Shown one piece after another: positions 28,158 through 35,747 of a DNA stretch of 35,747 bases. Each line of letters begins with the position of its first letter. The stretch's first letter is position 1. The DNA is taken from the sequence record DRR723986_5735; one strand, written 5' to 3'. A program made the translations under genes and the position numbers. The notes beneath the pieces are model-generated. The model saw nothing but the letters and a program-made list of their open reading frames with translations. It did no database searches and was not told the origin of the DNA.

Positions 28158-29117
28158 ATGGAAATCTCCCTACCAATCCGACGCATCCTAGTTGGTGCGG
28201 GAGTCTGCGCCGTCTCCTGCTTAATCTCCTATGCAAGCTATGTCGCTGCCGGATGGGGAATGCTGGACGCAGCATACATGGTGGTCATCACCATTTTCGG
28301 GATTGGCTACGGGGAAGTTCACCCGGTCGAATCCCCGCTACTCAAGCTCCAAACGATGTCACTGATCATCGTTGGCTGCCTGTCAGGCCTCTATTTCTGC
28401 GGCGGCTTTATTCAGTTGATCACCGAAGGCGAAATTAACAGGGCCCTGGGCGCTCAGAAGATGAACCGAGGAATAAAGAAAATGAGAGACCACGCAATTA
28501 TCTGTGGCTTTGGCAGAGTGGGCAAAATGTTGGCCGACCGATTGAAGCGTGACAACATTGCGTGCGTCGTCATTGATAGCGACCTGCAGCGACTGGAACA
28601 AGCAGAGCAGGCGGGGCTAACGACCGTCTGCGGTGATGCGAGCAACGACGAAACGCTCGAAGCGGCCGGAATTACGCGAGCTCGAACGCTAGCAAGCGTG
28701 CTTCCGAACGATGCGGTCAATGTCTTTATTACGCTGACAGCTCGAGACTTAAACTCGCGAATCGAGATCATCGCCCGAGCAGAAAGTCCAACGACCGAGC
28801 GAAAACTGCGGCGCAGCGGAGCCAACCACGTCGTCCTACCGGCAGCGATTGGGGCACTTCGAATGGCTGAGATCATCAGCAACCTGCCACCGATAAAGCC
28901 AACTCGACGACTTGCAGACGCTCTGCCCGTCGACTTGAAGCGTGTCGCTATTGCCAGCGCCCGCGACCTGGAAGAACGCACTCTCTTGGAGGCCCGGAAC
29001 CTGCTAGCCGAAATCGGGCAAATCGTTGGCCTTCAGGACGGCAAGGGCGAGCTTGTTACCGAACTTGAGGATGAGCGACTTCTCAAACAAGACGATGTAC
29101 TGTTGCTAGCAAAGTAG
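28158..29117 (+). CDS. Two-TM potassium channel protein with RCK (TrkA-N) domain
   Basis: Pore helix LDAAYMVVITIFGIGYGEVHP (GYG filter); RCK motifs HAIICGFGRVG, GDASNDETLEAAGI, N.FITLTAR and GANHVVLP; ATG 28158 is the likelier start. Confidence 0.9.
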   Translation: MEISLPIRRILVGAGVCAVSCLISYASYVAAGWGMLDAAYMVVITIFGIGYGEVHPVESPLLKLQTMSLIIVGCLSGLYFCGGFIQLITEGEINRALGAQKMNRGIKKMRDHAIICGFGRVGKMLADRLKRDNIACVVIDSDLQRLEQAEQAGLTTVCGDASNDETLEAAGITRARTLASVLPNDAVNVFITLTARDLNSRIEIIARAESPTTERKLRRSGANHVVLPAAIGALRMAEIISNLPPIKPTRRLADALPVDLKRVAIASARDLEERTLLEARNLLAEIGQIVGLQDGKGELVTELEDERLLKQDDVLLLAK

Positions 29118-29301
29118 GTCGTTTCACTCGTAATGAAACGTTTTGTCGATACGAAGGTTGCTATCGACAGAATCGTTCAACTTTCACATTCCGACTTCCC
29201 GATATCCCTGCGTAGAGCGCCTCGCGGACTCTCTTCAGCCTAGTGCCATGTGCACGGTTGAGGACCGCGAAAGTGAATCATTCAACGCTAGGGGTTTCGC
29301 A

Positions 29302-31236
29302 ATGACATTGCGTAAGGCAAACGACCGTACACTTCGTCGCCGTATTTTTGGCTTTGCTCTGCGATCATCGCTGGCAGCCGTCGTGGCGACATCGGTAACT
29401 ACGAGCGTCAGTGCTCAACAACACGGTACTGCACTCGTCCTGCCTGCATTGCCAACTTCGGCACACTCCCAATGTGACGCCTCCGGTGGCAGTTGCGGAT
29501 CAGTCGACACGCTGCAAGCCCGGCGAGAACGCTTGGTCCAGCTACTCGGCCTACGAGATCAGCAACGAGTTGTGCACCGTGCAACCGCCTTGCCAGCACT
29601 TCCTGTTCTACCAACGGACAGCGTTGAGCAGACTGCGGCACTTCCTGCCTTCCCGAACTTCGACGACTCGGTTGAAGTCAAGCTTCCCACGCAAGCGCAA
29701 CTGCCCGTCGCTGCGGCGATCAGTACCAAGGTGGAAGTAAACCACCGGACGACCGTGCAACCTGTTGTTTGGCAACAGCCTACTCCAGAGGCGTCGGTAC
29801 AGACTGCTGCGGCAACTGAGAGCGTAACAACTCGCGTGACTGACGCGGGCAGCGAGAAAGTCACTGTTACGATCACTGGCGATCAGCCGAGCGACGAGTC
29901 TTTCGACTCGATTGAGATACCAATGTCTCTGAGCCTGGAAGCGTCCGCACCAAGCAACCTGCCTAGCCCTGCGACACCACAAGCAACTCTACCGCCCGCT
30001 CCAGCACAATTGCCAGCGATTGGTTTGGCTGCACCCGCTCTACCACCACTGCCGCCTGCAACGCAGCAAGAGTCAAGTCTCACCACTGAGCAGACCACGG
30101 TAACAGAGACGACCAAGAAGCAGGCTGTTCGACAAGTCAAGCCGCGGATTCGAGCACCTCAGATAGTCGCGAGCGGACCTGCGATGCAGTTGAGCTCATC
30201 GACCGAGCAAGAAGATGCATCAACGGCAGAGTTTTCGTTGTCGGATGCGAATCTGGATTCGCTTGTGAAGACAGATACTGTCACCGCGAAATCGAGCACC
30301 GCAAAAACACCAACGCCATCGATGGCTCAAACCAAGCCACAGAAGCAGAGCGCTCCGATGCTTCGCCCTGTCGAAGCTTCTGCATTGCCGTCCACGTCGT
30401 CTAGTCGCGGAGGCGCGATCAAAGTAACGGGGAATGCCGGCGGGCTGGCCAAATCAGAATCAACAACTTCGTCAACGATGCAGGTTCGTATCGACGGCGA
30501 AACACCGAAAGCGACGACGCAGAGCGTTCCGTTGGCCCTTAAACCGATGTCGTCTGAACCCAAGACGCTGGCCCCTTCGCCAACCGCTCCTCCGCCGCTT
30601 AGCCTTGCTTCACAAGCTCCCAAGCGATTCGCACTGCGAGATGCTCAAAGTGTGACAAAGTCCAAAACCGGTGTGAAGGCATCACTGACTTCGTCGAGCA
30701 AGTCGTTGCCAGATTTGAATTTCACCGACGATTCCACCAAGGTTTCCAGCCGCCATGGTAGCGAATCCACAGTTCAAGCTCCCAGCTACGAGATCACCTC
30801 ACGGGTGAAAGTAGTTGCAGAGCAATCAAGCCCCATTCAAGTGCGTGAGGCGATCCTTCAGACCAGCGTCGAGGATCCGAGTATCTGCAGGCTAATTCAG
30901 AGCGGCGACACTGGACTGTCCGTCGTTGGTCTGAAAGCAGGAACGACCCGCGTCGCGGTTGTGACCGCCGGGAAATTCGGCGAGCCCAAAGTAAACGTAC
31001 ACGAAGTGTCCGTCGGACACGGACACCAAGCCAGAATCGGCCTTACGGAATTGGCCGCTGGCATTGATGAAACCATCAACCGGCTTTACCCAACCAGCGA
31101 CATTCGTGTCTCGGCTGGCGAAGGAAAGTTAGTTGTTGCCGGAGAGGCTAGTTCGGAATCCGAAGCCAAGCGTGTGCTCGGCTTAGTACGAAGAACTTCA
31201 CTCCTGCCCGTTGTTGATCGACTGGACGTGCGATAG
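29302..31236 (+). CDS. Exported protein with a long P/S/T/A-rich linker, a CpaC/RcpA-type pilus-assembly N-terminal domain and a BON-like domain
   Basis: Signal peptide from ATG 29302; SVEDPSICRL...LSVVGLKAGTTRVAV (T2SS-T3SS_pil_N-like); INRLYPTSDIRV...LVVAGEASSESEAKRVL...VVDRLDVR (BON-like). Confidence 0.75.
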   Translation: MTLRKANDRTLRRRIFGFALRSSLAAVVATSVTTSVSAQQHGTALVLPALPTSAHSQCDASGGSCGSVDTLQARRERLVQLLGLRDQQRVVHRATALPALPVLPTDSVEQTAALPAFPNFDDSVEVKLPTQAQLPVAAAISTKVEVNHRTTVQPVVWQQPTPEASVQTAAATESVTTRVTDAGSEKVTVTITGDQPSDESFDSIEIPMSLSLEASAPSNLPSPATPQATLPPAPAQLPAIGLAAPALPPLPPATQQESSLTTEQTTVTETTKKQAVRQVKPRIRAPQIVASGPAMQLSSSTEQEDASTAEFSLSDANLDSLVKTDTVTAKSSTAKTPTPSMAQTKPQKQSAPMLRPVEASALPSTSSSRGGAIKVTGNAGGLAKSESTTSSTMQVRIDGETPKATTQSVPLALKPMSSEPKTLAPSPTAPPPLSLASQAPKRFALRDAQSVTKSKTGVKASLTSSSKSLPDLNFTDDSTKVSSRHGSESTVQAPSYEITSRVKVVAEQSSPIQVREAILQTSVEDPSICRLIQSGDTGLSVVGLKAGTTRVAVVTAGKFGEPKVNVHEVSVGHGHQARIGLTELAAGIDETINRLYPTSDIRVSAGEGKLVVAGEASSESEAKRVLGLVRRTSLLPVVDRLDVR

Positions 31237-31361
31237 CCTGCGGGTTCTCCCCGGCTGATCAAAACGGAAAGTCTACGCCCACGAAATCCGACGCAGAATC
31301 CTACCGGACCCTGCAACAGATTACCGTGAAATTTTGCAAGGATGCCAATTCGAGGATTGCC

Positions 31362-32561
31362 ATGCGTAATATCCTGACTCACACTCGCTTCGGAATTGCC
31401 ACTTCGGTCGCAGTTCTTCGCCGCGCCGCGACGACTGCACTCGGCTTTGGACTTGCAGTCACACTCTCAACCAGTGGTGTCATCGCTCAGATGAACCCCA
31501 CTCTTGCTCCGACAACGGCAGCAACTCGAGGAGGGGAACCGCTTGTACAGTTTGCTTCGGCAGGAGGTACATTGTCCAGCATCGCTGATGCTCCGACAAT
31601 GAATGCCAGCTACTCGGCAGCCAGAGATCACAGCTCGGTTCAACCAGCCAGCTTCTGTCTTCCCAAGACAGGCGGATTGGTTGGTGGAAATCCATGTTCA
31701 CCGGGCTGTGATGTAAATTACTACATCAGTTACGACGCTCTCTGGCTCCGTCGTGAAGACGACCGCCGCTTCTCAATGTCACGTGGGAATTTCCTGCCTG
31801 ACTTTGAATATGAATTCGGCGGCCGCTACACGGTTGGCACTCTGCAAGATTGCGTGAATGGCTGGGAAGCTAGCTATGTCGGTCCTTATGATTGGAATCG
31901 ACAAGCGGCAGTCACCGGAGCCAGTAACTTGCAGAGCAACCTGCAAGCTCTCAACGGCTACGTGCCTGCTCAAATCTCCGCATTCAACAATGCTGACCTG
32001 CATTCGCAAAGCTACCGAGCTCACATGCAGAGCTTCGAAGTGAACCGGAAGTGGTGGAGCTGGGACGTTCTTTCGACAAGCATCGGTGTCCGCTACGTTG
32101 ACTACGAAGAAGACTACGCATTCTTCTCTTCCAGCACTGCTGGAGGCGTCGGTTTGTTCTCCGACAGTGTGGATAACGAGCTGCTCGGCGTCCAACTCGG
32201 TGGCGATCTGCTTTACCCAGTCAGCCTGCGAGGCAACATGGGCTTCAAAGCCAAGGGTGGTGTCTACGCCAACTTTGCCGAACGAAACCACTTCATCTCC
32301 AACGCGGGCACAATGCTTGTCAACGCTGGCGACAACGAAGTCGACGTAGCCGGAATCATCGAACTCGGCGTGTTCGGCAACTATCACATCGTTCCAAGCG
32401 TTCGACTGACGGCTGCATACGAATTCTGGTACATGCCAGGTGTCGCAACGATTCCTGATCAGAATTCTTCGATCGTCACGCCTGCTTCAGGCACCTCAAT
32501 CTCGCTTCACGACGAAGTGTTGTTGCACGGCGGAAGCGTCGGACTACAGATTCTGTTCTAG
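31362..32561 (+). CDS. Planctomycete outer-membrane beta-barrel protein (BBP7-like)
   Basis: GAGGA RBS; signal peptide; Cys-containing linker; amphipathic strands (YDALWLRR, GGRYTVG, GWEASYVG, GVRY, NELLGVQLG, RLTAAYE); ends LLHGGSVGLQILF with terminal Phe. Confidence 0.82.
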   Translation: MRNILTHTRFGIATSVAVLRRAATTALGFGLAVTLSTSGVIAQMNPTLAPTTAATRGGEPLVQFASAGGTLSSIADAPTMNASYSAARDHSSVQPASFCLPKTGGLVGGNPCSPGCDVNYYISYDALWLRREDDRRFSMSRGNFLPDFEYEFGGRYTVGTLQDCVNGWEASYVGPYDWNRQAAVTGASNLQSNLQALNGYVPAQISAFNNADLHSQSYRAHMQSFEVNRKWWSWDVLSTSIGVRYVDYEEDYAFFSSSTAGGVGLFSDSVDNELLGVQLGGDLLYPVSLRGNMGFKAKGGVYANFAERNHFISNAGTMLVNAGDNEVDVAGIIELGVFGNYHIVPSVRLTAAYEFWYMPGVATIPDQNSSIVTPASGTSISLHDEVLLHGGSVGLQILF

Positions 32562-32613
32562 TTGCCCGCGTCCCGCTTGGGCAGCTTGCAAAGACAGAGC
32601 ATTGAATAACAAG

Positions 32614-32642
32614 AACGCAGCCGATTAGGCTGCGTTTTTTTT
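32614..32642 (+). terminator. Intrinsic terminator after the beta-barrel gene
   Basis: AACGCAGCC-GATTA-GGCTGCGTT followed by a T-run. Confidence 0.88.
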
Positions 32643-32850
32643 GGTACCCGCGACCAGGTTTGAATTTGCCCACCACGTTGCGTCTAAATCTGACCAGTCT
32701 TCGCGCTGGGCGTGCCGACCGGGTATAATTGTAGGACTCCTCTCGCTAGAGGCGGTCTGGGCCAGCCGACGCATTTGAACCTACAATGCAAACTGCTCGG
32801 TTGACCTTCGTTGGATTCTTACACCGCTTGTCACGCAACATATTACGCCC

Positions 32851-33480
32851 ATGCCCAACGTGAAGAAGAGCTCTTGGAGGCGGAATCATGGCAACAAGCT
32901 GATTGCATTGGGGCTGGTCGTTGGGGCAGCGATGTCTGCCGTAAGGCATTTTGATCTACTGCCTGAAATTGAATTCATCAACGAGCCGACTCCGGCAATT
33001 CCTCAATTGATCGGGCCTCAGATCAAGCGGAGCCAACTAGTAGTTGTTGTCACGGGACCGAGCGAGTTCAACGGAAAGCCAGTTCGGGGCTCTGCCGTTG
33101 TGTATCCAGCCGAAGGCAAGTTATCGCCTGACACAACCGCGATACTCGCCCAGGGCTTCGAGCTCGACCAGGAAGGCTATGCCACGCTGGCGATAGACAT
33201 ACCGCAATTGCGAACACTAACAATCGCTTGCTACCTGGATCTGAATGATAACGGACAGCTCGACTACTCCGGTGATGGCGTTCCCGCCGAGCCGTTGCGT
33301 CTATCCGCCCGGCCGACTTCAACGCCAAAGCTGCTCGACCTAGAAAGCGAAAGCGTTACCGCGCCACAGTCCACAATGTTGATCGTCCACATGGTTTTCC
33401 CCAAAGAGAAAATTGCGCTCGACACCATGGAACGTGCTCAGCGGCCGGCAGCCGGCCGCTCAGGTTCACCAGCTAGATAG
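32851..33480 (+). CDS. DUF2141-like membrane-anchored protein
   Basis: N-terminal TM; IACYLDLNDNGQLDYSGDGVPAEPLRLS resembles the DUF2141 D.N.NG.LD...G.P.E motif. Confidence 0.65.
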   Translation: MPNVKKSSWRRNHGNKLIALGLVVGAAMSAVRHFDLLPEIEFINEPTPAIPQLIGPQIKRSQLVVVVTGPSEFNGKPVRGSAVVYPAEGKLSPDTTAILAQGFELDQEGYATLAIDIPQLRTLTIACYLDLNDNGQLDYSGDGVPAEPLRLSARPTSTPKLLDLESESVTAPQSTMLIVHMVFPKEKIALDTMERAQRPAAGRSGSPAR

Positions 33481-33507
33481 AACGATAATATTAACGAGCG
33501 ACATCCG

Positions 33508-33921
33508 TCAAGCGTTTGCAGATTTGTACTGTGACTCGTCAATAATCGTTAGCGTTTCATCGACGTAGACCTTGCCAGCTATTTCAATCGTCAGACGCCA
33601 AGGGCCCAGCTTGTCATCAATGGGTGCCCAAATTGTGTCACCTAGAAAAAAATCCCAGTCGTTTGATTTGGCGTAGACTTGCCCATCAAATGGCTGCCGA
33701 ACCTTGCCATCGTCGCCAACGATCCCAGGGTGGTAGATGCAGTAGTCGATGGGCTGGTTCTTTGCTTTTCGAATCCGCGCAATCAGTCCGAATTCTATGT
33801 CGATCCGAGCGGGCACACTCTTGGTGAACTCCACGATCTTAGGCAGTTCCTTCGAGGCGGATTCCCACTGAGTGTAGATCCCCCAACTCCGCAGTTCGAC
33901 CTCGGGCTTCTGGCGTGCCAA
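33508..33921 (-). CDS. DUF3859-like protein
   Basis: AAGGAG RBS before a TTG start; motifs SWGIY, VPARIDIEFG, YCIYHPGI, PFDG, NDWDFFLGDTIW and GPWRLTI. Confidence 0.78.
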   Translation of the reverse strand: MARQKPEVELRSWGIYTQWESASKELPKIVEFTKSVPARIDIEFGLIARIRKAKNQPIDYCIYHPGIVGDDGKVRQPFDGQVYAKSNDWDFFLGDTIWAPIDDKLGPWRLTIEIAGKVYVDETLTIIDESQYKSANA

Positions 33922-33958
33922 TAAAGTTCTCCTTCAAGCGTCATCGAATGTGGGCGAA

Positions 33959-34780
33959 CTAGGCAATGATCTGACCGGTACCAATTTTACGCGAGGCTTG
34001 CCGGTACTCGGAGATTGCATCGGGCAGCAGCTTTTCGAGGTCCGATGCGCGTCGGTCGTCAGCCGGATGCGTCGACAAAAACTCAGGCTGCTTAGGCCCC
34101 GAACCGGCTGCACCAAATCGTGTCCAGAACTTGGGCGCCTCAGTGGGGTCGTATCCCGCTTTGGCCATCAACATCACACCAATATGATCCGCTTCAGTCT
34201 CATGTTTGCGGCTGTATGGCAGGACCACTCCATACGTGGTGGCCATTCCGTAGGCCTTCATCCAGATGTCTTGCGAAACCTGCTCCTTGTTGCGAAGCAC
34301 GTACGACATCGCTGTCTTGGCACCATTCACCGCCGACTGCTGGCTCATTCGTTCACCGCCATGGCGAGCCATCACGTGCGCGACCTCATGCCCAAGGACT
34401 ACTGCAAGTCCCGCTTCGTTTTGGCAAACGGGAATGATGCCTTCATAGACTACAATTTTCCCGCCGGGCAAGCAGTAAGCATTCTGTTCGCTACTTGCTA
34501 CAACCCGTGTTTCCCATTCGTACTCGTCGCGGCCGCTGGCCCGCGCGATGTCCATTGCAACTCGCTCAACAACTTCCTGATAGCGGCTCGGCCCAGACGA
34601 TTCTTGCTGATCGACAACATCGGCAAATGCTTGTTTGCCCATTGAAACCTCCTCCTTTTCCGGAATCAGCATCAATTGCTTCCTCCCGGTAATCGGAGCG
34701 GTCTTGCACCCAAGGCAGCCACAGCCCATGGCCATCGAGCCAAGCACCCAGTTTCGGCGATCCATCGCGGTTTTCTCCAT
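33959..34780 (-). CDS. M48 family zinc metallopeptidase, lipoprotein (possibly Tat-exported)
   Basis: NAYCLPGGKIVV, LAVVLGHEVAH (HEXXH), YSRKHETEAD and FLSTHP; N-terminus MDRRNWVLG...CLG|C; start at 34780 or 34765. Confidence 0.93.
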   Translation of the reverse strand: MEKTAMDRRNWVLGSMAMGCGCLGCKTAPITGRKQLMLIPEKEEVSMGKQAFADVVDQQESSGPSRYQEVVERVAMDIARASGRDEYEWETRVVASSEQNAYCLPGGKIVVYEGIIPVCQNEAGLAVVLGHEVAHVMARHGGERMSQQSAVNGAKTAMSYVLRNKEQVSQDIWMKAYGMATTYGVVLPYSRKHETEADHIGVMLMAKAGYDPTEAPKFWTRFGAAGSGPKQPEFLSTHPADDRRASDLEKLLPDAISEYRQASRKIGTGQIIA

Positions 34781-35114
34781 CGAGCTGTTCGTTCCTTTGA
34801 AAGGGATTTCTAGATGGCTATTTGTCATCGGGCCGTTCACACGTGGCCTAAATCTCAGCGATCAAACTGATTCTCAACGGCCTCACGCTAGCCAGCATGA
34901 TTCAATTCTGCCCAATCAATCCAACGGCGTGAAGAGAGATCGAAGGCATCAAATTGCTAGCGTTTCCGGTAGCCACCCAAAACGCGCCCTTTGAACCAAC
35001 CAACTCAGGTCACAACCGGACAAAACACTGGCTCCGCAGCGGAAAGTCCAAGGGCTTTTCGACAGGGCGGACGATGATTACACTTAGGCTCCTTGCCAAT
35101 TTGCTTTGGCTGTT

Positions 35115-35188
35115 CGGGCTGTGGCGTAGTCTGGTAACGCGCTACACTGGGGGTGTAGAGATCGCTGGTTCGAATCCAGTCAGCCCGA
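35115..35188 (+). tRNA. tRNA-Pro (anticodon GGG), CCA not encoded
   Basis: Acceptor stem CGGGCTG/CAGCCCG + A; D-arm GCGT-AGTCTGGTA-ACGC; anticodon stem CTACA/TGTAG with loop CT-GGG-GG; T-loop GTTCGAATC. Confidence 0.96.
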
Positions 35189-35525
35189 CTATTCTTAGAA
35201 ATGAGCCCTTCGGCGAGTACGTCGAAGGGCTTTCTTATTGTGGGGACGAGGTTTACGTCATCCAGAACGCAGTTCAAAATGACAATCATCCATGATCCGA
35301 CGTTTTTCTGACACATCTGCACTAAGCCATTTGTTTTAAGGCTTTGCGAGAGTTCAAGAACTCGACATTGTCGTCGTGTGACCGATCCAGAACTTCAAGC
35401 TGAATCTGAATTTACACCAAGCGATAACGGAACTCGGTCTGCTTGGTCGCAGATGTTTCTTCGTCAATCTCCCCAGCGATTCGAAGATTGAGCAGCCGAT
35501 CTTGCTGGCTGACAATCAGCTTCTC
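35189..35525 (-). pseudogene. Degraded C-terminal part of a putative site-specific recombinase (large serine recombinase-like)
   Basis: Minus strand reads EKLIVSQQDRLLNLRIAGEIDEETSATKQTEFRYRLV*IQIQLEVLDRSHDDN; after frameshifts VLELSQSL / KWLSADVSEKRRIM / IVILNCVLDDVNLVPTIRKPFDVLAEGLISKNSR; in-frame TAA at 35412-35414. The family call is from recall of coiled-coil recombinase C-termini. Confidence 0.65.
35204..35239 (+). terminator. Hairpin/terminator downstream of tRNA-Pro
   Basis: AGCCCTTCGGCG-AGTA-CGTCGAAGGGCT (12 bp, one G-U pair) followed by TTCTTATT. Confidence 0.65.
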
Positions 35526-35569
35526 CTATCGCTGTAGCCCCTGGCATTGTGCAAGCGCGAAAAGGTCAG

Positions 35570-35747
35570 TCATTGCCGAATCGCTTTCGAAGTGAATTCT
35601 GGGACGTTGTTGCTATGGATGTGCTCCGGCGTCCCAAACATGGCAAACAGTTCCGACAAACCGTTGATAATGTCTTCAGACTTGAAACATCGCGATACAT
35701 CCAAGGTCATGCACCGGCGAGTATACTCGTCAATCACAACAAACATC
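35570..35747 (-). mobile_element. IS3-family transposase (rve integrase core) pseudogene fragment, truncated by the window end
   Basis: MFVVIDEYTRRCMTLDVSRCFKSEDIINGLSELFAMFGTPEHIHSNNVPEFTSKAIRQ*; matches the IS3 pattern IDEYTREC...G.P..IRSDNGPEF; catalytic D appears as N and the usual W codon is TGA. Confidence 0.82.

Noticed and set aside
32724-32729. Perfect TATAAT upstream of the DUF2141-like gene
   Set aside because: No convincing -35 or extended -10 element; insufficient alone.
33950-34645. 231-aa plus-strand ORF
   Set aside because: Antisense shadow of the M48 peptidase.
35040-35062. GGAAAGTCC resembling the RNase P RNA motif
   Set aside because: Only a small local hairpin; the rest of the rnpB consensus is absent and there is no room before the tRNA.
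34954-35295. 113-aa plus-strand ORF
   Set aside because: Spans the tRNA-Pro gene and its hairpin; spurious.

Overview
A chromosomal window from a planctomycete, probably Pirellulaceae; this is inferred from DUF1559 prepilin, CRTAC1/ASPIC-UnbV and BBP7-type genes and a 16S gene unlinked from 23S. It opens with the 3' end of 16S rRNA followed by a terminator. Next come a giant orphan secretin with a lipoprotein partner, several envelope genes, a TPR-CRTAC1-DUF1559-lipoprotein cassette, a GT-C-like membrane protein, a REC/anti-sigma-kinase plus cytoplasmic hybrid kinase pair, and a DUF1338 enzyme. The best candidate for an undescribed system is a tightly coupled four-gene operon at 21907-27714. 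It encodes a lipoprotein, a tandem cNMP-binding/4x[4Fe-4S] protein, a membrane protein with two H-x13-H (diheme-b-like) helices, and a membrane-anchored decaheme cytochrome c with a Cys-rich N-terminus. Together these suggest a cyclic-nucleotide-gated transmembrane electron conduit. Downstream lie a GTAG REP cluster, a K+ channel, a secretin-less CpaC-N/BON protein beside a beta-barrel, DUF2141, DUF3859 and an M48 peptidase. The window ends with tRNA-Pro(GGG) and the decayed edge of an integrated element (recombinase and IS3 remnants). All family assignments come from recognising motifs by eye; no database search was run.
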